Part shown: positions 14,601 to 26,600 of the stretch, piece by piece | How the letters are laid out: each line of letters starts with the position of its first letter | How positions within the stretch are numbered: the first letter of the stretch is position 1 | DNA from: Callorhinchus milii | Lineage: Eukaryota | Direction: 5' to 3' | Length of the DNA: 64,000 nt | NCBI RefSeq assembly: GCF_018977255.1 | Contig: NW_024704742.1 | Span: 21,888,001 to 21,952,000, forward strand | Program-made: the position numbers and the translations under genes | Notes under the pieces: model-generated | Database searches by the model: none | Told to the model about the DNA's origin: nothing | Seen by the model: the letters and a program-made list of their open reading frames with translations, nothing else

Positions 14601-17600
14601 GCTCTTTGAAATGTCGTCCTGATGTGAAAGGCACTTTATTAAATGCTAGGATTATTATTGTTACTATTGTCCCGCCTTGCTCTCTCTTTTGTTTCCTTCC
14701 TGGGTCCACTTGGTGTCTATTGCTGCCTCCAATAACAAGACCTATATATGGAGGACAAGGGAGATCATGAATATATTTTGTTAGATTCCACAGTTTTGTA
14801 TATTTCTATTCAAACTCTAACCTAAATATTTATCCGTTCAATATTTTAAAATAATTTCTTATTGCCAGAAAGGCAAGCAATAACTCTGTGCCCCCAGGGA
14901 CTTTCTTTAATGGTGGGTTTGAGACATGACGTGAATGCAATCTGAGAAAAGTCTTGCATGTAGGAGAGCTTGCATCACTCAACACTACACTGCCTTAGCC
15001 TGTCCGAATTCTAGCTCCTTGCCTCAATACCAATGTTAAGTTCATGGCTGCCTAATTCGAATTGACCTAACTGGACAAAGTGACGAGGAAAGAGCATGGC
15101 GGAAAAGTTCTGCTATGAGCTGGAGTTGCTGTAGAGGAGAGGCTAGGGAACATTAAGAGAGAGAAATTATTTTGGGATTTTATTCAGAGATTTCTTTAAC
15201 ATCTCTTGTTTCATCAGCTGCCACATATGGTGGATTCATTGACTCAAGCTCAGATTTTCTTTTTTTGGTAAGTTTTGCCAATTTATCTTCTGCTTTTACA
15301 ATTAACCATCATCGCTGAATAAAATTGAAAAAACTTCTCTCAGTATTCCTATGTCTCTCCTCAGAGCTCAGAGGAAGAACTTTTCCACCATGCTCTCTCC
15401 TTGTCACTTTGTCCAAATTAAACAGCTATGTCATTACCACAGATTATTGAGGCAAGGCAATAGATTCATCCTGAGTCAGTGCAATGTTGAGAAATGCAAG
15501 CACTTCTTCACCATCTCAAAGCAATTCACAGGATTTATTGTAAAGTGTACTTGCTGCATATTTGTATGTGAACCCAACAAACAATTTGCACACAGCAATG
15601 TCGCACAAACAGCCATGAAGCAAATGACTCATTTTATTTGGGCGATTTATGGCCAGGACACAAGGGGAACTTCCTTTCTCTTTTGAATTTTGAATTCTCC
15701 CGCATAAAACTGACCACCTGCTCCCTCAACCACATCCCTACTCATCTCCTTACCTCCCAGCGCCACCTCCTTGCCCCTCTACTCACAGACATCATAAACC
15801 CCTCCCTGTCCACTGGTACTGTTCCCACCCCATTAAAAATTGCCTTCATCAATCTTTTCCTTTTAAAAAAACCCCCTCCCTGGACCCATCTCTACTCTCA
15901 AACTACCACCCCATCTCCAACCTCCCTTTCCTTTCCAAGGTCCTGGAATGAATTGTTGCTTCCCAGCTTCGCTTCTTTCTCTCCCGCCACTCCCTTCACG
16001 AACCCCTCCAATTGGGTTTCCGTGTCGCCTACAACACAGAAACACCCCCGGTCAAGGTGACAAATGACATCAAGTCCTGAATGAGAGCTAACTTTCTTCA
16101 GTTGTACGTCAACGAAGCTGAGGCTCTCCTGATCGGCTCCTGTCAGCACCTCCACACTTTTTTGCAAGCCCTTCCACGGTCTTGCGCCCCCCTACATCTG
16201 CGACCTTCTAACCCCCTACCATCCTGTTCACTCCCTCCGCTCAGCGGGCTCCGGCCTGCTTCACCTCGCTCGCCCCACCATTGGCGTGTGGGGTTTCTGC
16301 TACTCTGCCCCGCACCCTCTGGAATTCCATCCCACAGTCCCTCTGCCTCGCCCCCTCCCTTGCCTCCTTCAAGACCCATCTCAAGACTCCTCTTTGATCG
16401 TGCTTTTGATCACCCTGCTTCACCCAAGCTGCCCTCCAGCTCGGGTCCGAAATTCTGACTGTCCAGCGCCTTGGGACGTCTTCCCGACTTGAAAGACGTT
16501 ATACAAATGTAATTTTGTTGTTGTTTCTGTTGAATCGTTTTCCTATTGACAGCATTCAAAGGCATTTGAATATGCCAACGGGATCTTTAATTACCACCTA
16601 AACAGGCAGACGGGACTTTGGTTTAACATCTCATCCAGCATCTCTGACAATGCAGCACACACCAACACTGCACTAAATTGTTAGCCTTGAATGAGTTCCT
16701 GACATGGAGCTTGAGCCCACAACCTTCTGAACCAGAGATAAGAGTGCTACCAACCGAACCAGGTTGACACAGATGTAGAGTCCTGTAGCTCAGTGGTTAG
16801 AGCACTCGCTTTGGAAGCAAGTGTTCGATTCTCGGCAGAGCGAAACCTTGGGGAAGTTTCCTTACTCCACACGTCTGATAATAATCCTTCAAGAAAACAA
16901 AACAATAATAAATTCACTGCTGTGCGCAATTGACTACCGCATTTCACCCACAAATATACAGTCAATTCACTTTACAGTATATTCTGTAAAACGCTTTGAG
17001 ATGTCTAGAAGACGTGAACAGTGCTATATCAAATACAAGGATTATTATTATAATAAGAGGCACAAGAGGGGTTCCAGTACTGACCCCTGAGGTTGATCCA
17101 AGTGTAGTTGATTTCAGAAATGGTGAGCAGGGAACTACTGAGATTTCTATTTTATTGGTGGAATCCTAGAATCGTATAGCACAGAAGGTCGTTCAGCCTA
17201 TCATGCCTGTGCTGGCTCTCCTTTCCTATTCCTTTCTCCATAATGTTCTATGTATTTTTTTTGCAAGTATTTTTCCAAAGCTTTTATGGATTCTGCGTCA
17301 AACATTGATTTTGGTTCGGGCATTCCATGATCCAATAATGCTTTGTGTTTCTCTAATTTCTCCTCATAAGTAAAGCCATTAATCCTAATGAATCTTTTCT
17401 GTATCCTTCCCATGGCCTTGACATTCATCGTTAAGTGCGTCACCCAAAACTAGACACAATACGCTAACTGCAGCCTAATAACAGATTTGTACAGGTTTAG
17501 TGTTGACTCTGCTGTGATGTTCTAACACCCCTATTTATAAAATAGAACGTTTTGTATTTGACTTTACAAATGGAAATCTTATATCCCTTGTGGATGTCAA

Positions 17601-20600
17601 ATTAGTGAAATTTTTATGTCTTTTTTTTGAGCAGGGGTCTAATTTGTGGTATTAATGGGATTCCTTACTTGAAAAGGAATCAGACTCGCACAAATGCTGT
17701 TCCCATGGGGTAAAAGGCATGTTAATTGAGGAATCAACATGAGAAATACTGTAAGATAGATCCCCACTATTGGACTGCATTGTAATATTCTTTGACAAAA
17801 TGTACTGTAGCATCTACATTACTGTGGAAAAAAAGTAAAACCAATACTGCACAATTAATTATCCTATGAATTGGAAATTCATGGTTCTGAAGAAAGGCTG
17901 TTGTAGTCGAGTAAAAATGTGCAAAATTGATCACATCAGCTTTTCCTTTTCTGATTTAATCACCAGGGCTGCTGATCTACGTTTAGTTTCTGGGTCAAAT
18001 TTCTCATCCATTTGAAAAAAAACAATAAAACATCTCCGTGGAGTGTCGGGAGTTTTGCAAAGGAAATTTAGCACTGAAAGTAGTCCTATCAGTGCGAGAA
18101 GGTTGTGAGTCTGGGGGAATGGGAGATCAGAATGCCAAATTCTCTCCCAAGTTCCAGGCACTTTGCCTGCATAGTAGGGAAGGATGTAACTTGGTTCGAC
18201 ACTGCGCTAGTAATTCACTCTTGGCTCGTCAAACAGAAGAATACTTGGAACAAATTCCAAAAGCAAAAGTTGTTGGGGGGAAAAAATAATCAAAGGTTGA
18301 ATGAAAAGTTTTATTGTGCTCTCATATCTCAACATGTGTAAGCCATCCAAAAGTGGATGTGGTCCCTGCTGCAGTTGCAAGACGCAGCCCCGTTGAGTTC
18401 TCAATACAGATGTAGGACAAATCCAATTGGGCAGCTTTCCAAATGAAACCGCAATGGATATAAAACTGTAATTGTTCTAAAAGTTGCATGTGAAATGCAC
18501 TACTCCCGGTACCACAGGGCACAGCCCTTTACTAACAGTCTCATCCTGTCTGATTTAGGGGGTCTGAGTGCCCGAGAGGTGATTTTCTTTGGGAAGAGAC
18601 ACTGGTCCTGGTAGTGTTGCTCCTCTTGAGCTGCAGTGCTTTGTTCCTTTCTCTTTGCTGTATCAACTGGCCAAATTGACCACAAAGAGTCTCATCTCAT
18701 CTTCCTGTCTTGATCCATGCAGCTTTTCCCCCTCTTCTCTCCCCCTCAACCCCCCCCCCTCCATATCTCTTCCATATTCCCTGTTGTTTATTCCCTACCC
18801 TTCCTGCCCTCACCCTCCTGATTCCACGCTGACTGTCCAGCACCTTGGGACATCCTGCTGACGTGAAAGGCGCTAAACAAATGTAATTTGTTTTTGCTGT
18901 TTGGTGGATATAATATATAATAATCCTTGCATTGTGATATAGTACCTTATCACGCGTTGAGACGTCTCAAAAGTGCTTCAGAGGATATACTGTGAAGTGA
19001 ATTGCCTATATATCCTGTTTGTTATTTGATCATAAAATACTAGAAGGTTGGAGACGTTCTATCGTGTCTCTGGGACACCCTCCATGGAGGGCACTATATA
19101 AGTGCAAGATGTTGTCTGTGCCAAAAAGCTATCCATTTAGTTTCCCTGCCCTCTCTGTAGAAATCTGTGAGAAGTAGAAGGCCATTCAACTAATTATAAT
19201 AAATATTTTTGTTCCTTCAAAAAATAACGCCAACTGTATCGTAATCCCAATTCCCTGTTCTTTCCCGGTGTCCTGTTATATCCTTCTGTTAATTCTAATT
19301 CCCTTTTAAAAGTACCAACAGACAATCCATTCTGACAATCCATTCCACACTCCACCAACCCTCCAGGAGAGAAATAAAATTCCAATTTTCATCTTTCACT
19401 CTCGTAGTTATAACCCTAGTTAAATTAAAAATGCTTGAGTTTTTATATAAAAACAATTCAAATCGAACTCAAGCAAAATATTTAAGAAAAAACAAAAGTT
19501 GGGCGCAGGAGCGAGATTCTGGGAATGGAATTAGGAATAATAGTTGCTAATTATATACCTTGGCAATATAGAAGTCTTGTCAATATACCAAAATTGGGCG
19601 TCATAACTACTTGAATAGGAAAGGTTTTTCCAGAGATAGGAATGGCCCAAACTCAAAAGTAGAAATTCCTCTCACCCCCCCCCCCCCATCCCTCCCCATC
19701 GCACTTTGACAGTATTTTATGATAAAGCCAAAGAGAGAAGTTGATCCAAAGGAAGGATGGGGAAATCTCCTTTGAATAGGTGTGAGTAGATGTTCTAGTT
19801 CAGTCAGCAGAGAGCATTGTCTGTCCCAGAGACCAAACAGCACCTGCTTATGGGTGTAACACAGTTAACCTGGATTTCCTCTGTCTGCTTATTCTGTTCC
19901 AAGAGGCCAGCGGAGAAACTGGCACAAGAAAACATCCACCGACTCCTGAACACAATGCCGTCAAAAGAGAGACCTTATATGGGAGGGTTTGTTGTAAAAC
20001 AAGCAAAGACAATATATCATCCACTTCAATTGTGTTACCCTTTACACTCTCTCAACCCAGATGGAACGAGAAGGAAGGAAGCTCTGGCTTGCATCAGAAA
20101 AAGATATAGATCTCTAGGTCCTCATATACTTTCACATTTTTTTCCTTTTCAAATATTTTTCCAATTTCCTTTTGAAAGCTTTCATGGAATCTGCTTCAAG
20201 CACCGTTTGGTTGTAAGACACTCTATGGCCAAATAACCCTCTGCTTTTTGTAACAAAAATCCTAACACTTTGTTTTGGATGGGGGGAGGGGAGCAGTGAT
20301 CTCATTTTTTGATGGTGATCTTAATTGTATGAGCTGTATAAATGCAAGTTGTTGTTAAGTTACTGACTCACTAACCAGTGAAAATAGTTTCTCTCCATTT
20401 ATCTTAGCAAATTCCCATCATTTTGAGTACTATCAGAGAGGAAGCTGGGATTCTGAAGCTGACTCCAAAGCCACATTCCTAGCAAAGGGAGATTTAATCA
20501 CCGAGCTACGTGGAGTCCTGTAGCTCAGTGGTTAGAGCACTCGCCTTGCCAGCAAGACACCTGGGTTCAATTCCAGGCAGGCGAAACCTTGGGCAAGTTT

Positions 20601-23600
20601 CCTTACTCCACACGCCTAATAATAATCTTTCCAAAACAAAACAATAATAAATTGGTCATTTTCAATCCATGACTGTTTGTGGGACACTGCCGTGCGCAAC
20701 TGGCTGCCGCGTTTCGCCCACAAATATACAGTCAATTCACTTTACAGTACATTCTGTGAAGCGCTTTGAGACATCGATAAGACGTGAATAGCGCTATATC
20801 AAAATGCAAGGATTATTATTATTTAAGATAACTCAGCTCTCATGATGGACTTGGTAATCAAATAACTGGATCAGGACAAGTCTCTCTCATTCCAATGTGT
20901 TGGTGATTGACGGGCCCATCAATCACTAAAACTTTGGAGTAAGAATGTAAAGGTTGACTCAAATGGAATGGATGATATATTGTCTTTGCTCGTCTTACAA
21001 CAAATCCTCCCACATAAGGTTTCTCTTTTGACGGTACTGTGTTCAGAAGTCATATGAAATCCTATTGATGAATAGAGTTAGACATGTTGCTGAACTAAGG
21101 GAAACTTCCCGCTTAGTTTCTGATAACTCTGTAAGCCAAGACCCTAACTGGCAGGGTATTCCTGAGCAAAACAAGCCAAACAGTTTACCAGCATTCCACG
21201 CTGGTTACATTTCAGCAGTAGCTAACATGCACTCAGAGTCTCGTGCCAACCCATTCCTGTGTTCTCCAGGCAAAGAAAGACAAGGGAGCGCACACCCACA
21301 GAACAATCAAAAAATAATAATAAACAGATAAACTGGTTACTCAATCCACGACTGTTTGTGGGACACTGCTGTGCGCAATTGGCTGCCGCGTTTTGCCCAC
21401 AAAATATGCAGTCAATTCAACAACAACAACTTGGATTTATATAGCGCCCTCCACGTGGACGGCGTCTCAGAGCGCTTCACAGCAACAGATCCCGGGACCG
21501 AGCCAGGGGGAGGGGGAGGAAGGTGACCAAAGGCGAAAAGAAAGGTCTTCAGCGGGGACCTGAAAATAGGAAGAGAGGGAGCGAGGCAAAGGGAATGAGG
21601 AAGGGAATTCCAGAGCCTCGGGGCATAGTGGCTGAAGGCACGACCGCCGAGGATGGAGCGGAGACCTCGGGGGACGAGGAGGAGGCCAGACCTGGAGGAA
21701 CAAAGGCAGCGGATTCTATTTTGAGGAGAGAGGAGGTCAGAGAGATAGGAGGGGTGCAGAGGAGTCCAGGGACTTGAATACAAGGGTGAGGATCTTGAAA
21801 TCGATCCTCTCTGGGATAGGCAGCCAATGCAGAATGGCAAGGACTGGGGTGATCGGGGATGGAGTTTGGTGAGGGTGAGAATGCGGGCGGCATAGTTTTG
21901 AAGGCTGACAGAACATCAGGGGACTGGGGGTCGCAAAGAGAGGTGGAAAAATAGAGTTGGGTGTCGTCCGCATATGTGTGGAAATGTACCCCATGTCTGC
22001 TGATGACATCCCCAAGAGGGAGCATGTAGATCAGAAAGAGGAGGGGGCCAAGGATGGATCCTTGGGGTACCCATCAGGTAACCGAGTGAGAGCGGGAGGA
22101 GAAGCCGTTTGTGCAAATGTACTGCTGGCGGTTTGTGAGGTAGGACTCGAACCACTTCACTTTATAGTATATTCACTTTATCGTATATTCTGTGACGCAC
22201 TTTGAGACGTCTCAACAACGTGATAAGTTGCTATATCAAATGAAAGGATTATTCTGATTCTCATGGGTGAGAGACCCCAATCACAGAAAAAATAAAGCAA
22301 ACTGCTAATTCCCAAGCAAGAGGACACTGATACAATTTTATGAGAAAAGAGAAATAAAATGAAATTGTGCTTTTTACCTTTGATGTATTGCAAAGTGTAA
22401 ATGTGACTGTGAGATGCAATGCTGCTCCACATTCTCCCCCCTCCCCTTACCCCACAATCAGTGGGTAAATTTTCAGCCAGTTTACCTCTCTAGAACTTGC
22501 TCCCTAAATCTCTCTGCCTCACACCTTCTCTGTCCCTCTTTCAAAACTTTTATGTAAAATTCCCTCTTTTATTGCACCCTGAGCCAATTCCCTCCTTATC
22601 CCCAGTGTCTCCCCGTTTGCTAGACTTCCTGTACCATCTCTGAGAAGTGCTTTCAGGCATTTTTCTCAGTGGAAGGAGCTGTATCATAATAATCCTTGCA
22701 TTTGATATGGCATGTTTCACATTGGAGTGATATCTCAAAGCATTTCACAGCATCTACAAAAGGGTAGTGACTCTTATGTTTTGAGGCAAACTCAGCAGTC
22801 AATTTGTCCCCCAAACAGCCATGAAGTTTATGAACAATTTTATTTGGAGAATTGTTGGATCAGGACGCTGGGAGAAATTCCCTTCAGTTTTCAAGTGGTG
22901 CCATGGGATCTTTGACATCCACCTGAATAGGCAGATGGGATCTTAGATTAACTGGGACTGAAAGATGATATCTCCAAAATTGACTGGTTCCCCATTGGAG
23001 TTTCAATCTAGACTATGGCTACAAATTCCCAATGTGTGGCTTGAACCTGGCTCCTTGTCCTCCTCAACCTCTCCGCTCCCTTCGATACTGTCGACCACTC
23101 TATCCTCCTACACTACCTCTCCTCTCAGCTCAATCTTCGCAGACCTGCCCTTGCCTGGTTTGAATCCTATCTCTCCCACCGTCTCCACTTTGTTGCCACT
23201 AACAGCTTCTCCTCCAGCCCCCGCACCGTCATGTGTGGCGTCCCTCAGGGCTCTGTCATTGGCCCTTTCCTTTTCATTATCTACATGCTCCCCCTTGGTG
23301 ACATCATCCACAGACATGGGGTCAACTTCCACATGTATGTGGATGACACCCAACTCTAACTCTCTGCCTCCACCCTCGATTCCAGGACCACTGTTGTCCT
23401 CACAGACATCAAGTCGGACATCAAGTCCTGGATGAGAGCGAACTTCCTGCAGTTGAATGTCAATAAGACTGAGGCCCTCTTGCTTGGCTCTCACCAGCGC
23501 CTCAGCACCTCAAGCGCTGACAGCATCAGCATCCACGGATGCACACTCAACCTCACTGAGCCAGTCAGGATCCTAGGCATCTTGTTCGACCCTCAACTGT

Positions 23601-26600
23601 CCTTTCTCCCCCACATCTGTGCCATGACCTGCTCTGCCTTCCCCCACCTCCGCAACATCGCTCAACTCTGCCACTGCCTCACCCCTCAGGCCGTTGAAAC
23701 TCTTATACATGTCTTCATTACATCCAGGCTCAACTATGCCATCGCTCTGCTTGTCGACTTCCCGAACGCCTCCTTCCATAGGCTGCAGATCAAGCAGAAC
23801 TATGCAGCCGTGTCCTCACCTGCACTAGGCTCCAAGACCCTATCAACCCCATCCTCGTCTGACTCCATTGGCTTCCCATCACACAGAGGATGCAATTCAA
23901 GATCTTGGTCCTCACTTTCAAAGTCCTCCATGGCCTTGCTCCTCCCTACCTCTGCAACCTCCTAAACCTCGGCTGAAGTATTCAAATGCCCTCCTCGGCG
24001 GTCTCCCCTCCACTACCATTCATAAAATTCAGGTCATCCAGAACTCTGCCGCCCGCATTCTTACCCGCACCAAACTCCACTCCCCGATTACCCCAGACTT
24101 GCCAGACTGCACTGGCTGCCTGTCCCAGAGAGGATCGACTTCAAAATCCTCACTCTTGTCTTCAAATCCTCTGCTCTGAAATTCCCTTCCTCACTCCCTT
24201 CGCCTCGCCCTCTCTCTTCCTATTTTCAGGTCTTGGCTGAAGACCTTTCTTTTCGAACACGCCTTTGACCACCTTCTTCCCCGTCCCCCTGGCTCGGCCC
24301 TGGGATCCATTACTGTGAAGCGCTCTGAGACACCGTCCGGTGTGGAGGGCGCTTATAAATCCAAATTGTTGTTGTAAACCCCTACCATCCTGCACGCTCC
24401 CTCCGCTCAGTGGGCTCTGACCTGCTCTATGCTCTCACCTTACCTGCCCCACCATTGTCGGATGAGCCTTCAGTCACTCTGCCCCCACTACTCTGGAACT
24501 CCATCCCGCAGTCCCTCCGTCTCGGCCCATCCCTCGCCTTTTTCAAGTCCCATCTCAAGACCCTTCTCTTCGACTGTGCCTTCGGCCACCCTCCTTCCCC
24601 ACCCCACCCTCCCTGATCCTGCCCCACAGTTCGGATCCAAAACATTGACTGTCCTCCTGACATGAAAGGCGCTATACAAATGTAATGTTGTTGTTGTGGT
24701 TGTAATGCCTAAACAGTTTGTTACCTTTAATGTGTAAATACAGAAGGTGTTGACATGCCTGCTTTTGTAAGTAAGCTAGTGCTTTGTGCAATGTTGACTT
24801 GGTCAGCATGGCTTTTACTGTGGGATTAAAATTCTGGGAAGAGAGGAAATGTGGTACATGAATCTACCACGTGGGTCAAAAGTAATGATTGGTTATCATT
24901 GACTTTGAAGGTGAGCATCTTCTCCACCTCCAACAGTCCAGTGACAGCTATTGACTGCTTTTTACCACAATTTTGGTTGATGTAATAATTGGCACCAATG
25001 ATAGTTTCACATGACATTTCAATCAGCACCCTTTTCCCATCCCAAAACAATATGAACAAGAAATAAAGAGCTGTTCAGACTGTGGGATCCGGTTACCCAC
25101 AAGCTGATCATGATCCTCTTTTATTTAAATTCTCGTGGATTTTTTTTACGTTGCCAAAGGTGGCAGTTCCTACTGTGAGGTAGAAAGTATTGAAGTAATA
25201 AAGAAACAAACAGACAAAGTTAATGTCCTGAAAGTGCTACATCACGCACACAAAAAAATTGACACCCATCTTATTTGTATGTGAAGAGTGAACTGCATTC
25301 AAATATGACCATGCCAAAGGCAGATGTTTTGCTCATGCTGACAATAAGCTATTTAACATGCTTGTATGGCCTCTAGTGGCAGATACTAGGTACAGTAGCA
25401 CCACAGTGTACATGCTTTCTTCATTTTTTTCGTAAAAGTTGCACTGAAATATTCTGAAGTCCAGACCAGTTAGTTCCAGTGTAATTCCCCCACGTCTTGA
25501 GAACCTTATAACCTTGTTGTAAGCTTGAGCCACAATAAAGGGTAAAACTTCTGCCCTAAATCATGAAGATAAATGAATATTCCCAGCCCAGTGGAAGAAT
25601 TGATGGCCTTCCTGCCTTCTGTCATGTTAATGTACGCATTACAAAAAAGTCTCATTATACAGTGAATGGCAGAGGTGAATGTCAATATATAGACTTGTGG
25701 CAGCTGAAGGAATTAACCAGTACAATAAAACTAAAGATTGATTTTGTGTGTGAGTGTGTGTGTGTGTGTGTGTGGAGGGGGGAGCATGCTTTCTAAAGTT
25801 ACAGTAACACACAGGATGAGTCCCTACCTTTTAATCTACAGTGAAATAAACCATAACACTTCTAATTAAATTATATAAGTTCTGGCTGAATGTAAGATCT
25901 TCCTGCCCATTCGTGGGCGAGTTTTCAGTCTTTCTCTCTCCATTCTCTGAACTCCATTCTGAAGTCGCTCTACCGCTCACTGTCCCTCCCCCTCATACGG
26001 AGTCCTGTAACGTATTGGTTAGAGCACTTGCCTCACAAACGAGAGGACCTGGGTTTGATTCCCATAAGGGGGCGAAACCTTAGGCAAGTTTCCTTACTCC
26101 GCACGCCTGCTTACCAGCAGTAATTAGGAACCTGGTTGTTTATAGATTGGTGGATCGCTTTCCGGGATAATAATCCCTTCCAAAAAAATAATAGTAATAT
26201 GGTCACTCAATCTACGACTGCTTGTGGGACATTACTGTGTGTAATTGGCTGCCACGTTTCACCCAAAAGTAATACAGTCAATTCACTTTACAGTACTCAG
26301 TAAAGTGCTTTGAGACGTTTGAATGACAGGGTAGCATGCTGTATCTAATGCAAGGTTTATTATCACATGCAAGGATTATTATCGTCGAAACTTGCCTCCA
26401 GTCCTATCTTCTCAAACTTACATTCTGTCATCTTCTCAGCTCTCTCCCCCCACCCTCTCACCTCCCCGATTGAGTGTCCAGTCACCTGTGTGAAGCACTT
26501 TGAGACTCTTCCTGATGTGAAAACCCCAAATAAATGTAAATAGCTGTTGTTGTCTACCATTGGTGGGGAGAATCCCCACAGGAACAGAGTTAAGATGTAT

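Noticed and set aside
20512..20585. tRNA-like sequence with A and B boxes, also at 16778 and 26000
   Set aside because: No proper acceptor stem or terminator, and it continues into a SINE body, so it is a SINE head rather than a tRNA gene
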